DNA of 64,000 nucleotides from Stylophora pistillata (Eukaryota): NCBI RefSeq assembly GCF_002571385.2, contig NW_019217855.1, positions 445,927 to 509,926 of the forward strand, read 5' to 3'. Shown piece by piece: positions 23,300 to 36,695 of this stretch (position 1 is its first letter; each line of letters starts with the position of its first letter). The notes under the pieces were generated by a model. It saw only the letters and a program-made list of their open reading frames with translations, ran no database searches and was not told where the DNA came from. The position numbers and the translations under genes were made by a program.

Positions 23300-25251
23300 A
23301 AGTAAGATTATCGTTCAGTGCTAAAACTTGAGGTTAACTAAACATTTTTAATATATATATAATATAATTAAAAGCAATTTGTGAAGCTTGAAGTATCCCC
23401 TTACAGTAACCCTTGAGGTGAACAATATATCGTTCCTGTTGTCAATCGATTGCGTCATACACACCTGAGGCTGGTTCTCAACTGCATCGCCACTCTTAAC
23501 CTGCATTTATAATATTTGAAAGCGTATGGTTTCCGATGATGTAGACGTGCTTTAAAACGGCGATCTGCATAAGAGCGAGTCGGATGTCATGTTCCTGCAT
23601 TCTGTTCCATACAAGCCTACTAAGGAAATCTAAGAACCAAATGCTAGCAACAACCTGTAATTTCGTGCATTTTGGTTGAGATAACGTGAGACTTATTCTT
23701 AACTTTCAGATGAATGGCACAAAAAGATGACAGCCGAGATCATTGCCAAAGATGTCCGAATTATTATAAACACTAAATATCATAAAATGCGTGCTCTGTT
23801 CCGGGATCTCGTTCAACGGATACGAGCAAGATAGTAGGTAAATGTCCCTTGATCGTTGCATATCGCCATTCCTCAACTGCCTGCTTTTTCTCGTGTTGCT
23901 ACTGACCGTGAGCTCGGCATAGGCTGCACAAAACTAAGAACCCATTACCAATAAACGATTTATAACCTCAAACTAACCAGTGATAAATAAATAAATATTT
24001 GGCTCCAAAACCATCTAAGAGGTCTTTTTTGTGTCTATTTAATCACCCAGATACGAAAAAAAAAAACCTCGATTTCCAAGTTCCCCCATATGAACCATGA
24101 ATACATGGTAAATCAGCTCATTAAATTTTAAATCAAAACGGACCATTGATGGAAAAAACACATACTTGTGGCTCTTAAGTAGTTCTGATTGGGTTTTCAT
24201 CTGAATCACCTGATGACAAAGTAAGATTTTTTGTTCAGTTTTCGAAAACCCCTTAGGAATTGTCTAAACTGATGCGATGAGCACAAAGCGAAAACTAGTC
24301 GCACCAACTTATTTTCGAAGCAGTGCAGACGGATCGGTTTTTTGCAGAAACCCGTCACACCTTTGAGGAACAGAATCTTATCTGACATGTTAATCAACCT
24401 TAATGCTTGTAAAACATTCAGTTAGTGATATAAAATTGTAGAGAGATGACTATGTCTTGCACCTTTTCGCGACACTCGTTCATTGCCTGTTAAGTGGTTT
24501 GTTCTGCAACTTTCTACTTTTTAACCTTCCTTTAAATAGTTTTCATGTTCGGACTAGGATGTCCGCCGAAGAAGTTCATAAGGACACTTGCATTGGTTAT
24601 CAGGAACGACAAACAAAAAAATAGGAAAGCTCGAAGGAAGAATGGTCACACAAAGCCACTTTCTTTGCATCGATATATTAACTTTTAAGCATCAGTTGTA
24701 ACGTTCATAGAAATAAATTTATTTTGAGACACTTTGGGCGTGATAGAAATTTATGCTATGTCATGGCCGGTGAACTTCATCCAACCGTTGCATCGAAACG
24801 AAGACATTCAATACGTACCGACGAAACCCAAAGACCGTGCAGGTGATCGATATCTTAATTGCTATTGGATAAAGGTCTTACTGAAAGGGAAATAATTTCA
24901 AGCAAGGATTAAATAGATAAAGAAAAGTTTAGTGCTACTCAATGCTTATAAATTTAATTGACAACGAGTCCTTAGTTTCTCGTAATGTGACTCTAAATGT
25001 AATTATTACGCTCAATTTTCAAGGGTGAGATTATCACTTCTTATGGCTGCTTTCCTTAGTTAATAAAACGTTAATCGTTTCTCTATCAGTTCTCATTGTT
25101 TTTATGACACCTTGTTCATTTAAATATTTATAAATCAAAGAGGCAGAAATTGTTACTAAGTGCGTAGGAATTTTAACTCCATGAAAGTCTGTGGATGAAC
25201 GACTAATTCTCGCAGATGGAAATCTCGTGTACAAAGAGAAAAATCATCAAC

Positions 25252-27957
25252 ATGAAAATCTTCGTCTTCATTTTGGTGACTTCATCTTGTGTCGAGAGGT
25301 AATTTTTTCCTTTTCTTTTGTACACGAGTAAGACCCAACAAATGGCCTAAACTAGCATTTATTTACACCAAATTTTGGAAACTTCCCAACAACGCATGTA
25401 TGTCAGTGAATAAAACTATGGGTGAGATCATCAACCCTTTCTCCCTGACTTTGGTTTTTGTTCAGAGTAAGGTAACAGATTATTCTTCTTTAAGTATTGT
25501 GGCAGTGCTCCTCTCGAACAGTTAACTTGAACTTCGTGTACCAATCATGTTATATTTGAAATGTTTTCCATTTACATGAGGGTGGGAAATATCCTTCAAA
25601 AATCCGTATTTCCCTTCTACGTTTAAGTTCGCAAGCGGCGCCGACTCATCTTAAAGATGACGTTTGTCAAAAGATGTGGGACAATGCTGAAAATAATCTG
25701 CTGCTTCCTGGAGAATTAGCAGTCAATACGGGTAATTACCCAAACGCCTTGTTCATGCTGGTGAAAGGAGGAGGATCCCGAGGAGAAAAAAAACTTCAAA
25801 GTCCCGTGTTTACTACATTCCATGGTATATGTATTTTTTTTTTTGAACTAACTTTCTTACAAAAACTTTACTATTAACTTTTCGATGACGGTATAACGTT
25901 AAAAGCGGAATTCTGCTGTGCGATCATTACTAGGAATGGTAGTTAAAAATTTACTTGTAAAAATTTTGGACACAGCATTTATGTTTTGCAAGGTATAATT
26001 TATAACAATTTGTCTTACGTTGATCTACATTTCATAATGACTTGAAGGGGGTTTAGTTGTTTTGAGAGGTATAAAAAAACCCTCACTACATTATACAAAA
26101 CTGCCGTCACTTTAAGTGCGTTTGTAAGTTATATGTTTAGAAGGAACGGAAGCAACCTCCTTTCGTTAGAACTATCTAAAGTGACCGCTGAAAAGAAAAA
26201 GAGGTAGTGTTTGGAAGACGTCAACAACGTTTCGTAAAAAAAAAAGAGGTTTTCGCCGATTAATTAATTAATTAATTAATTTATCGAGTGGGTCCTGTTC
26301 AACAGATTTATTAGTGGACTATCAAGCTGCCCCTTACAATTTTGAGCAGCAACATGTAAAGAACTTCATCTCTGCAGTAACCCAACCAAGCGGACCCGTG
26401 GAAGCGGCATTCAATTACCTGAAAACTCAAAAGAAAGCACTTCCATATGGCGTGGTATGTCTTACAATTGTCTGCCTCATTTTCTTGGGAAGGAAATTCA
26501 ATAAGCTACATGGCGATGCGAAACCATAATTTAATGCTATCGAACTCGTCACTTTTCAAAGCAAAAATGAAAAATAACATTTTGCATATTCAGAAAAATC
26601 TCACCGAATATGCAAAATGTTAAATTCATGGTTATATTTGACAAAATATAGCTATCTAACCTAGTATTAGATAAAAAAATAGTTTGAAATAGTTTATGAC
26701 AAAAGGAATCAGTGATTTGAGCAAATAACAGATCGTCTATTCTGTCACTCTTTTTTAACTTCCTGTGATCTTAATTTTCAGAATACTCTGACAAAGTTTG
26801 GAGAGGTCTTAAAAAAAATGTGGTTCTTATACAGCCATGGCTTTAAACATGTTTTTGTTGGTGAGTTAATTTCTCAAAGATATTATTGCATGGTCTCTTT
26901 AAAGGCTCTCCTCCAAAAAGCTCTGCTTGAGTCAGTAATTCCTGAACTCCAAAAATGTTCTAAAACGCTTAAATCGTACAAACTTAAGTGCATGCCTCAG
27001 TGCTTCTCAATGAGCTTCGGTGTTATTGTTTCACAGGTAATGAAAGAACGTACGATTTCAACGGATTTCACAATTGGTACCAGTTTTATACAGAAGAAGT
27101 GAGGGGCAAAATAGATATCACCCATCAACCAATTTTCGTGGCGGACAGACGGGTCGGTTTTCAGGTTAAATGGTGTTAGACATGAACGTTATGCCGCCAT
27201 CGAGATATGGCCTTTGCAATCATCTTAGGGATCATTTCAAAGATAAACACTTGTAGAGTGTAACTATCTTTCAGATGTAGGAAGTAGACGCAAAACACCT
27301 CTATAGCTGATGATCAGTTTTTGCATACCAATGCAAAGATTATAACATGATACAGCTGAAGATTTCATCTCTCCACTGATAGAGTGACGTGCGTTCTATT
27401 CTCAGATTAAATATTAATTGTCAGTCAGTCAGACAGCATAGAAGAAGGGCGGTCATTAGTGACTTAAACATATGTTTTCCTTCCATTGTTTGTTTAAGTG
27501 AACAAGCATCAAAGAGGTACGGGTGACCAAAATAGGAACATAAATGGACAAGGATGGAGAACATGGTTGACAAAAATAAGCTTGAAGTTTATGAGTACGT
27601 TCTTTTAGTGTAGCTCTTTTAGATATGAAATTATGAGATCACTTGATTCCTTATGCATAATTTCATTTGTAGCCTAACTTCCTGAGAGGTTTCTCATTCA
27701 CATGGAGAGGGCTGCAAAAGGGCGCACCAAGCAGCATGTTTGTTGGAACAAGCCCAGCGTTTGATTTGGCCTTGTTCACCACTTGCTTCCTTCAAGGACG
27801 CGGAGATGGTGGAGGAGGATATCCGTACGACAGAGCAACAACCAACTGTATGTGTGAAATAAATGTACCCGGGATCGGGAAAAGCAAAGTAAAGGTTACA
27901 ACCGTCGAGAACAAGTTTGGCGAGGTCGTCTCTGCCTATCCAACAGACGTATATTAG
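25252..27957 (+). CDS. ENDOU: Secreted EndoU-family endoribonuclease paralogue 4 (~290 aa; exons 25252-25298, 25628-25824, 26306-26454, 26782-26860, 27037-27152, 27673-27957)
   Basis: The spliced frame is open over 873 nt. Signal-like MKIFVFILVTSSCVESSQA; motifs GFKHVFVGN, GFHNWYQF, WRGLQK, MFVGTSPAFDLALFTTC. Confidence 0.9.
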
Positions 27958-28142
27958 AAGTAAGATTGAGTAGCACAGGAAGTTTATCTTGAACACTCAT
28001 ACAAAGGATAGATGCGAAGTTGTGAGGGATATCAAACTGTTACAACAAACTGTCGCCACTGGAATACATCAACCTACTCTGAAGGCTATAGTAGAAGGGG
28101 GGCACGTGTTCGTTTTATCGTGGTCGCCTTGGGCTCATTATA

Positions 28143-28304
28143 CAAATGAATAAAGGCTGATAGTTTCTAAAGAAACTGTTTGGGGCTGCGTCGGTGGGGG
28201 TAACGAAATAATTTGAATATATCAATAAAGTTGAAATGGTAAATTGGCCACCGTTACGATTATAAAAGCTGACGTTTCGAGCGTTAGCCCTTCGTCGGAG
28301 CGCA
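28143..28304 (-). mobile_element. Short Penelope-like terminal fragment with a hammerhead motif (28267-28302) and 13-bp TSD
   Basis: TSD tgggctcattata at 28130-28142 and 28305-28317. Minus strand reads gct-CCGACGA-a-gggc-taac-gctc-GAAAC-GTC-agc. Same family as 45528-45750. Confidence 0.7.
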
Positions 28305-28911
28305 TGGGCTCATTATAGTCTATCAAGAGAGTATCAGCTGAGTTGATATTCTCTTGAGTCTATTTCGAACCGGGGGGGGGTCACTTTAAAAGACAAATGC
28401 TGAATCTCGAGTAACAGCCGCTCAAAGAAAAAAAAGGCATAAAATGAAATATAACAAAACAAGATAAATAAAATGAAAAAAAAAATAAGAGAGTTCGAGA
28501 GAAGGAAGAAAACGTAAAAATAAAAACGCCAAGATAAGTTTCTTTAATATCTTTAAGGCAATTAATGCAATTTAAGATTTTTTAACTCGAGAAACGAAAA
28601 ATGGGTTACTTGTTCAAAATCAACTTCGACTTTACTCTTGGCGTAATCAGTAAACCATGTTAAAGACTGAGACTGATTCCATCCAACAGCTCGATTGAAT
28701 CGCCTCTTTGATCTGCGCGAGTAGATGTACTTTGAGCACATGTAGATTCCAAGTTTGCAGGATGTCTCCAAGAGAATTCTTTGTACGAAATATTTTTAAT
28801 CTCACGGGGTATCTTAATTATGGTATACAATAACGGTCTCCCCCAGAGCAAGTGGAAAGTCAGGCTCCTTGATTTTCTCAAACACAAGTCTTCCGTTCTC
28901 ACCCCAATTAA

Positions 28912-30185
28912 GGGGGCCCGAAAGGGTTTTTTTTGACCGCGCAGAGAATGGATTCCAAGATACACGGAAGCTAATTACTCGCGAGAGAAATAAGCGAAAG
29001 CGCGCGCGATCAGATCCGCGAGCGAGTTGTAAACAAACATGGCCGCCATTAGCGTTTCAAAATTGCCGGCACCTCTATTGTTTCGAGCGGAAGTGGTTGT
29101 TTGAGAAACAAAAATGGAAAGTTTACTTCTTGAAAGCAGGTAGGAAAATGTTCCGATGGCAGGATTCTTTTTAAATTTTATTTAACGAGCGAAAGGAGGA
29201 TGGTGAAGTCGACACCCCATCAATAAAGTCGCGTCGAGTGCATTCGGTAGATCTTACTTTGTTCCGCGAAAAATTTAAGTGGATACCTCTGAGTGCTACG
29301 ATTTGTTTCGCATTGAATTTGATTCCTAATAAAATGAAATGACCGAGAACTTTCCTAAACAACTCACTGGAAGTANNNNNNNNNNNNNNNNNNNNNNNNN
29401 NNNNNNNNNNNNNNNNNNNNNNNNNNNNNNNNNNNNNNNNNNNNNNNNNNNNNNNNNNNNNNNNNNNNNNNNNNNNNNNNNNNNNNNNNNNNNNTCACTT
29501 TTCAGGAATGTGTAAAATCACAAAACAATGTGAATCCATCTTCAGGATGAACGATTTTTTCCGCGCTGAGGGCATCCGTCGATTAATCGCGCGGACACGG
29601 ACTCATCCTCGCGAAAATGAGCCCTTGAGTCAGCGGTATCGTTTAAAACGCGTGACCGGATATAAAAGTGTGAGCTAAAATTGCAAAAACCGGAAATAAA
29701 GCTTGCTAAGTTGATGAACTAATATCTCGAAAATTAGTTCGGTGACCTACCCTGATTTTTTGTGTAAAAATTAATTTCATCATTACGCGTTCCTGAAGAA
29801 AATTTAAAAAAAATTTATCTTGTGGAAATTTTTTTTACATTTTAAAACAGCATTTTCCTAAATAATTCAAGTTCTACTAGATAGTTTTTTTAATATCACG
29901 TATACAGGTAGATAATATGATGATGTTTAAGAAATTTGAAAAAAAAACTAGGTCGCCGACTTGGTTTTTGAGATATCTTTCAAAAACTGAGTTTTAGAGG
30001 GTCTTTTAGCACTAATGTACTGTTGCCATGGCAACAGATAATGCCTGACGAACCCCCTTAAAAGATTGCCCTAACATAGTGTTATGCATATGTCAAGTCA
30101 TTATCCTGATGATAAGTTTGACAGTCCTGATATATTTTACTGATTGGCACTTGCTGTTAATTGTGGAAAACCCTTTCGAGCCTTC
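28912..30185. mobile_element. Non-autonomous DNA transposon with TTAA TSD (Kolobok-like)
   Basis: TTAA at 28908-28911 and 30186-30189. TIRs GGGGGCCCGAAAGGGTTTT vs GAAGGCTCGAAAGGGTTTT (reverse complement), 16/19 match. Contains an N gap. Confidence 0.65.
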
Positions 30186-32345
30186 TTAAACCTAATCGTT
30201 TTCGTTGAAATTCCAGTAAACTACGATCTTGTTTAGCCAGGACAACAATGTATACTGTCCAATTTGAAAACAGCGCAAACGATTTTTTTTCGTAAGTAGC
30301 AGCGAAAGTGGTCCTACAAACTTATGACAACAAATTCAAACCCCTGTGGATTTAAAATCGTTCACTGGTTCAGATCTGGAGGTCGGTTTTCTGGTCTTGA
30401 TCACTTTTGTGTCAGCAGAAAGAAAACATAATTATCAGATGCAAGAGCAGCCCCTTTTTTATTTAAAAATAGTAAGTTTCGCCTCGGGACTTCTGGCGCG
30501 CTTGCAAAGTTTTTTGTTTGCAAATGGTGTAATTCCATAAGTGTGTAGTGAAAATACCCTCCATCGATGGATGATAAGGCAGTTTGCTGCTATTCTCTGT
30601 CTTCCAATGAAGCGTATAGAAGCAAAGGGAAGTAAGTTACATCGATGCTGTGAAGCTAACGATCCAAACTATTGAAGTTCTAGTCCATGTAGCGCGATGA
30701 TTTGGTGAAGAGTATGGTTTAAAAAAGTGATATAATAAAAATCTAATATCCTTGCTCGGCTGCCGATTATCACGTTATGTTTGAAACATATGGTATCAAC
30801 GTCACCGCTTTTTAAGCATTTTGTCAAAATAACTGTATATTTCTTCTCACTTTTCAGATAAATGGTGTTTGAGGATGTTGACAGTTGTTAGGATCACTGT
30901 AAACCAAACAACGTGTAAAGGCCGGTGCAGCCTGCGCCAAGCTCTTTGTCATTGGAGCCGAGCGATAGTGATCGCGAACGACATCTTGCGGTTGCTCCCA
31001 CCAATTTATGCCCTCTAACTTTTGTTTTTTCTCTCCTAGTCAACGGAGGGCCTGGAGCAGGCTGCACAAAAATTATTAATGATTTATAACCTCAAGCTTG
31101 TCACCAGTGATGAAATAAAATCAACAATCGATGACCATCAATGTTTTACGAAGTCTTTTGTGGGCCCCATCAATCACTATTGAATGCATGGAAAACAGTC
31201 TGAGTTGCGGTTTAAATGGCGAGGAGCAGAATTTGTGGGAAACGCTCGCCCTGGAATTTATCCTTCTGAAAATTGCGGATAAGATAAATATATCTTATTT
31301 GACGTTTTATTGTGTACATGCTACACAACAAAACGTTTAATAAGAGATTTATTATCCAACACGCCAAATTGTTATTTCAGTGCGGGCGAATTTCGCGGAT
31401 ATTTCTCAGTACAAACATCGCTTGACATTAATTTTGTACTCGTCTCGCGCGTTATTTGTCCTCTACGAAGCACATTTAGATAATAAGGATGGTTATTGCA
31501 ACTTTCTTTAAATTTAAATCTCTAGGTCATAGCTGAATTCTTTACATGTCAAAAAGAAGTGAGATCCTATAGAATGACCCTTGAAAATAATTTCGTTTTT
31601 TGCCTTCTTTCCATCGGTTCTTCTAAAACTATATTCCTCTCAAAACTGAGACGCTGGGCTGGTGTCGATATTTTTCGTTGACAAAGAAACCAGCAGTAAC
31701 TGAAGTAATAAGCCAAAAAATCTCGATTATTTTCAGCTTCGTACTGAAGATCCATGTACAAAGTTTTAAACATTTATAAATTCCATCCCTTAGAGACAGA
31801 GTTCTTAAAAAGAGAAGGATTCAATACCTTAATTCAGTCGTTGAATTTCTTGAAAGCAACAAGAAAATTCAGCCTAAATACCCTCAGAAGTTATCTTCTG
31901 AGGGTATTTGGAAAACCTGCTTGCCATCTGCGCATAAGTGAGGCGTAAGGGTCAAAGCAAATTGGATCCTAACAACAACATCAAAATTGTGGATTTGAAG
32001 TAACTAAGGCAATTTATTTGGCAGTCACTCAATGTATGGAATTTTTTTCCTCGTAAAGTAACGGGCAGGTAGAGCAATTTATGACTGTCTTAATATAGCC
32101 ATACTTTCGACATTCCAACATCTCTTATTTTCCTCACATAGTCCTCTTCTTGACCTCTAAACGTTTTCCTATCAACTCACAACGGTAGATCGGGATTTGA
32201 TATATCCATGCGTTCATCTGTCGAATTGAAATCATGATACAAGGGGAACATATCAACTTAACCCTCTGTTAAACATGAAATGAATAGAGAACAGTATGGA
32301 AAATATGCATACTGATGTTAGGGTGTAAAGGTTGACGCAACACCC

Positions 32346-32790
32346 CTACATCTACATCTACATCTACTTTTATTGATCAACAACGCTTTCGCATCAAGTC
32401 GATATAAATAAAATGAAATACAAATTAAAAATTACTATGATAAAATCCATAATAATAAAAATATATAAATATGAAAAGTGTACAATTTAAGGGATAAATA
32501 GATAATTAATGATTAAATATTATAATAGATAAATATGGCTGGTATCAGTCACACCTACAGGCTTCCAAACAATGAGATTTAAAAAGTGAGGCGGTCATGC
32601 AAGTTCGGATATCCTGTGGTAGAGCGTTCCAATCCCCAATTGTTCTTGGATAAAAACTATAGTGATAATAATCATGATTGCAACTAGATGGAATAAACTT
32701 ATCTTTAGCGAAGAATCTAGTTACACGTTGTTTGGGCAGAAAATAATTCGGTATAGGTGGTTTGCAGCCAATCTCTAGAGACACAGGTAA
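32346..32790 (-). mobile_element. LINE 3' end fragment with a (TAGATG)n tail
   Basis: Peptide YHYSFYPRTIGDWNALP is typical of CR1/L2 C-termini; aataaa followed by tagatg repeats on the minus strand. Confidence 0.7.
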
Positions 32791-33808
32791 CAGTGGTGAA
32801 AGGAACAAATGCTGGTGGACGAACAAAAGGAGCTAATGAGATATCTATTGTTTACGTCCACCACATGGCGGCCATGACGTAAAAATATTCAAACGATGGG
32901 CTTTGCGTCTGTCCTTCAAAAGATCTAAGTCTAATGACTTCAACATGTTTGTCACAGAAGATATGGAAATTAATGAAATCAAAATGAAGAGAACAAATGG
33001 AAAAAAGCGCATGACTGGGCTACATTTCTATAGATATCGACAGGGTCTTCTCAATGGATAACATGTACGAAGTTCAATTATAAGACAGCTAAGAACAGGT
33101 ATGGTTTGGACTTGAGATGAACATTTCGGGATTAGTCCACCGGGAGAACAATAAGGACAGTGTTATCTTGTCGCCTTTGTTTACGATCTATATTGATCAA
33201 GAAACAGAGCGGAAAGAGTACCATATAACTCCATACATTAATTATGCATTCAATTTCATTAATTAAGTATGCACCCCATTGTTTTTAAGACAATGACTTA
33301 TTCCCACGGGTTTAGCATATATACATTACTAATAAGTACTTACTGCTTCAATAAAAGAGAAATTGATTGAAAGCGGCTTTTTCGTCTCCATTCCTTTCTC
33401 ACGTTCTTCTCCTTTCTCCCCTTCATTCCTAACTTCTCCTTGGTTTTTTTTTCTTTCCTTTCCTTTTTACCTTCTTGGCAGTTCTGCTGAGCCTTGAACC
33501 ATCGCTCCTCAGACAACGCGTTATAATCAGACAATTCTGAAACCATAGCCTTACCACTATGCTACGCAAACCAATTAGGAGTTCCTTTCCAAAAGCTACA
33601 TTTTCTTTTACCTTTCAGTAAAAAAATTTTCATAACAATATGTGCATTGATATAATGCACCAAAGGTCCCCTTTGCACTAAAGAATGCATTTCTTCTTCT
33701 CTACGATTGGCCAAATACCACATAGAAAACAAAATTTATTCATACCTCTTTCTAATAACATCAACGAAAGAAGAAGATAGAAGGAAGAAGAACAACAACA
33801 CCTCGGAG

Positions 33809-34224
33809 ATGGGGAGACTGAATTTTATTCGACTTTCTCGAATATTATCGGATCACGACCGGTGCATACAGTGGTGTAAGGATCACAACCTGCTTGTGAC
33901 GTCGGTAAAATGTCCTCGAGCTGGGCCCAGCAATGAACTTAGCTGAACGCGACGTGCTTCATCGCGAGACGGGTACGAGTGGCGATGTTCAAAAAAGGGT
34001 TGCGAGGGAATGGCTTCAATGCGCCGGAATTCACCGGTGCGCACACAAAGGGTATCGAAAATACATGGTGGGGAATCAAGCGAGGTTTGCCCCAAACAGG
34101 AACATCCAAAGGACTTTTCGATGGCTACCTACAGGAATATATGTGGCGTCAGCACTACGGAAACGATCCCTTTGGAAACATTATCGAACATATCGCCCAA
34201 CTTTGTGAAGTCCAGAAAGACTAG
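33809..34224 (+). mobile_element. Internally deleted Merlin/ISXO2 (IS1595-like) transposase relic
   Basis: N-terminal Zn-ribbon-like segment (CIQWCKDHNLL...KCP...DGYEWRCSKKGC) joined to the C-terminal HTKGIENTWWGIKR...YLQEYMWR. In-frame stop and frameshift; most of the DDE core is missing. Confidence 0.7.
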
Positions 34225-36695
34225 ATACAAAGGTTTCTTTGCATCGCTGTATGCACCGGCCTTCACGAACAATTTTCATCACTAGGACACGAAAGGATAA
34301 TGAAAGAATCAACCAAAACCACAAGAACAGGTAAGACACAATTTATTTAAACTTTGCATTGACAAACTTCAAAGCCTGACCGTAGACTTAACGTTATTTT
34401 CCGGCCAATTTTACGCTTTCAAAGCGAAACTGAACATTCAGTTATATTTCAAAATTAAAAACCTCTGGAAAACTACTTGAGTTTTCTGTTTTGCAAAGCC
34501 AAAACGCGCCAAATTTACCCTGTTTCAAAAAAGACTTAGAAAAAAATCCAAATTTTCAAAACAAAGACTACTAGTCTCTGCGGAGTTCTATTGTTGTCGC
34601 TATTGTTTTAATTGAACAAAGACTGAATGCATAATTATGTATGGGTTATATGGTACTCTTGCCAACAGAGCGAAACAAAGTATTATTCAATGCATGACAT
34701 GTTCATTTAGGAGTGCGCGCAAATTAATTCGCTTCACTCGTTCACTGCGTCGTTGCACGAAGCATCAAGAAATCTGCAGTTCGAAGCTTTCCTGTCGATC
34801 TTTCCTCAAGCATCACCTACAGGTAAGCTGAAGATTCTAACAAACAACAGACGTTAGTGTCCTGCGGAGTATCTGGCCTATATGCATCACAATTATTACA
34901 AGTTATCACATTCAGCGTTCTCTGAAGGACACCGAAAATATTCAAACCGCTCAAATTTATACACCACAGATAACAACTGTGCACAGGAGAAGAGATCCAG
35001 GTACAGAGTCGTGCAAAATGTACTTCTCTCGATACAGAATTTCTATAACTTTCTAAACGGTGCGATTAGAAAGTCGCTGATGCAAATTCATGAATAGACC
35101 AAAAGTGAGGTACCTTTTTCTTACTTCTAATGTTAATGTGAACAGTATGAATTACCCATGTAAGATTTTTTCCCGACGAGCGGAATGAAAGGACTCAAAA
35201 TGCATTTTCTACTCTTCGCACTTTGTGCTGAAAAGGCGGCGTCCGCTCAAACATTGAGGTGTCGAGAACAAACACAATTGAAAAGAGTAACTCTCCCAAT
35301 AAACTACACCTGCTATCGTAATACTCCTCATCTAAGCGGAAAACTTTTTACAAGAACATTGTAAATTAATACATAGAATACAGATTTGCTATCATTTTAA
35401 GATACGGCACAAGAAAAATACGCTTCGAGATTTCAAAAGGACGCTGAGTTCATGGATCAATTACTTTCAATCAGCATAATTTGTTTGCGCGCCTAACTTG
35501 CCTCTTATCAAAGAGTCACATTACTTTAACCAATCGACCCTTAAGTTTTCACGTGAACGTAATGTCTATGAACATATTTACTTGACTCTCCAAAGGCATT
35601 TCAGATCGAGGCAAATGAATTTGAACTGAGAATTGCGTGTCTTTCTACCATCCGCTTGGTATTAACATTCCACGGACAAATAAGGGGGCCCTTATTTTTA
35701 AACCGGCATGCACTCCCCTCTCCACCCTCCTTCGGATACTAGAAAAATATTAGCATAGATAAATAATTCAGCACTGCGACTTGACATGAATTGTGCAATA
35801 AATGTTTGAAATGTGCTCTGATAACCAATCGTACAAAGTGAAGACGGATCCTTCTCTATTCGACATCGTATCAAGGTTTGGTGCCAAGATTTCTCTTTAT
35901 ATCTTTACAGAGGTATTTGAATGAAAACGTTACAAATCAGTGAATCGGATCATTATACTAGAGGTCATAAATAGTTTTTGACTCAATAACAATCAAGAAA
36001 GGTTTAACTACCAAACGACCATAGCGACCTAGTAGAGCCATCTTAAATAATGCCAACTTACGGAACATTAGGATAAGAGTAAGTTGTTAAAAATACCTCT
36101 TTGGAAATAAAAAAGTGTCGTTTTCCTTACACATTGTCATATTACGGTTCATCATTTGTAACTGCATCTACACCATTTATCCCCACCCACTCAGCCCCAA
36201 CTCTTTCCCTTCCCTCCCCCATCTATGAGGAAAGTCACACTTTCACGGCTACTGTTTTTGAGACATTGTACGAACTGTGACTGACCTCGTTGGAAACATT
36301 ACTTAACTTGAACTTCTTTTCTGTTTTCTATTCTAATATTGCATGCTTCTCTTGCTTTACCAATTGCATAGAGGCTAAAACTTAGTGATCAAAAGCCTTG
36401 ATTTCATAAATTCAACTGACTGATCTCACTTCCAGAAACACATTTACCTATACAGTGATGGAATAGAAAAGTAAATTAAATTCTTAGATTTCAATTTTGT
36501 AACTGCTGATTTAATTGCCTTAAGGGAATATCTCCAAAATGCACGTTATCAAGAGGTGATCTTTACGAATCCCTTCCAAAACACCAAAGAACGAGGTTAA
36601 AAATAGACACACAACGAAATTCGAGTTTAACAATTAGGATCTGCCTGTTATGTTGGCCGCCTTACGATACTTGTTCCTCAGGTAAAACCGTGACA

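Noticed and set aside
30858-31020. Extra coding exon of EndoU-4 (and 23710 for EndoU-3)
   Set aside because: It lies after the stop codon and the translations are not conserved between the two copies; treated as UTR.
33490-33570. tRNA-like sequence on the minus strand (gcgtagcatagtggtaagg...ggttcaagg)
   Set aside because: Only A/B-box-like pieces are present; I could not fold a convincing cloverleaf.
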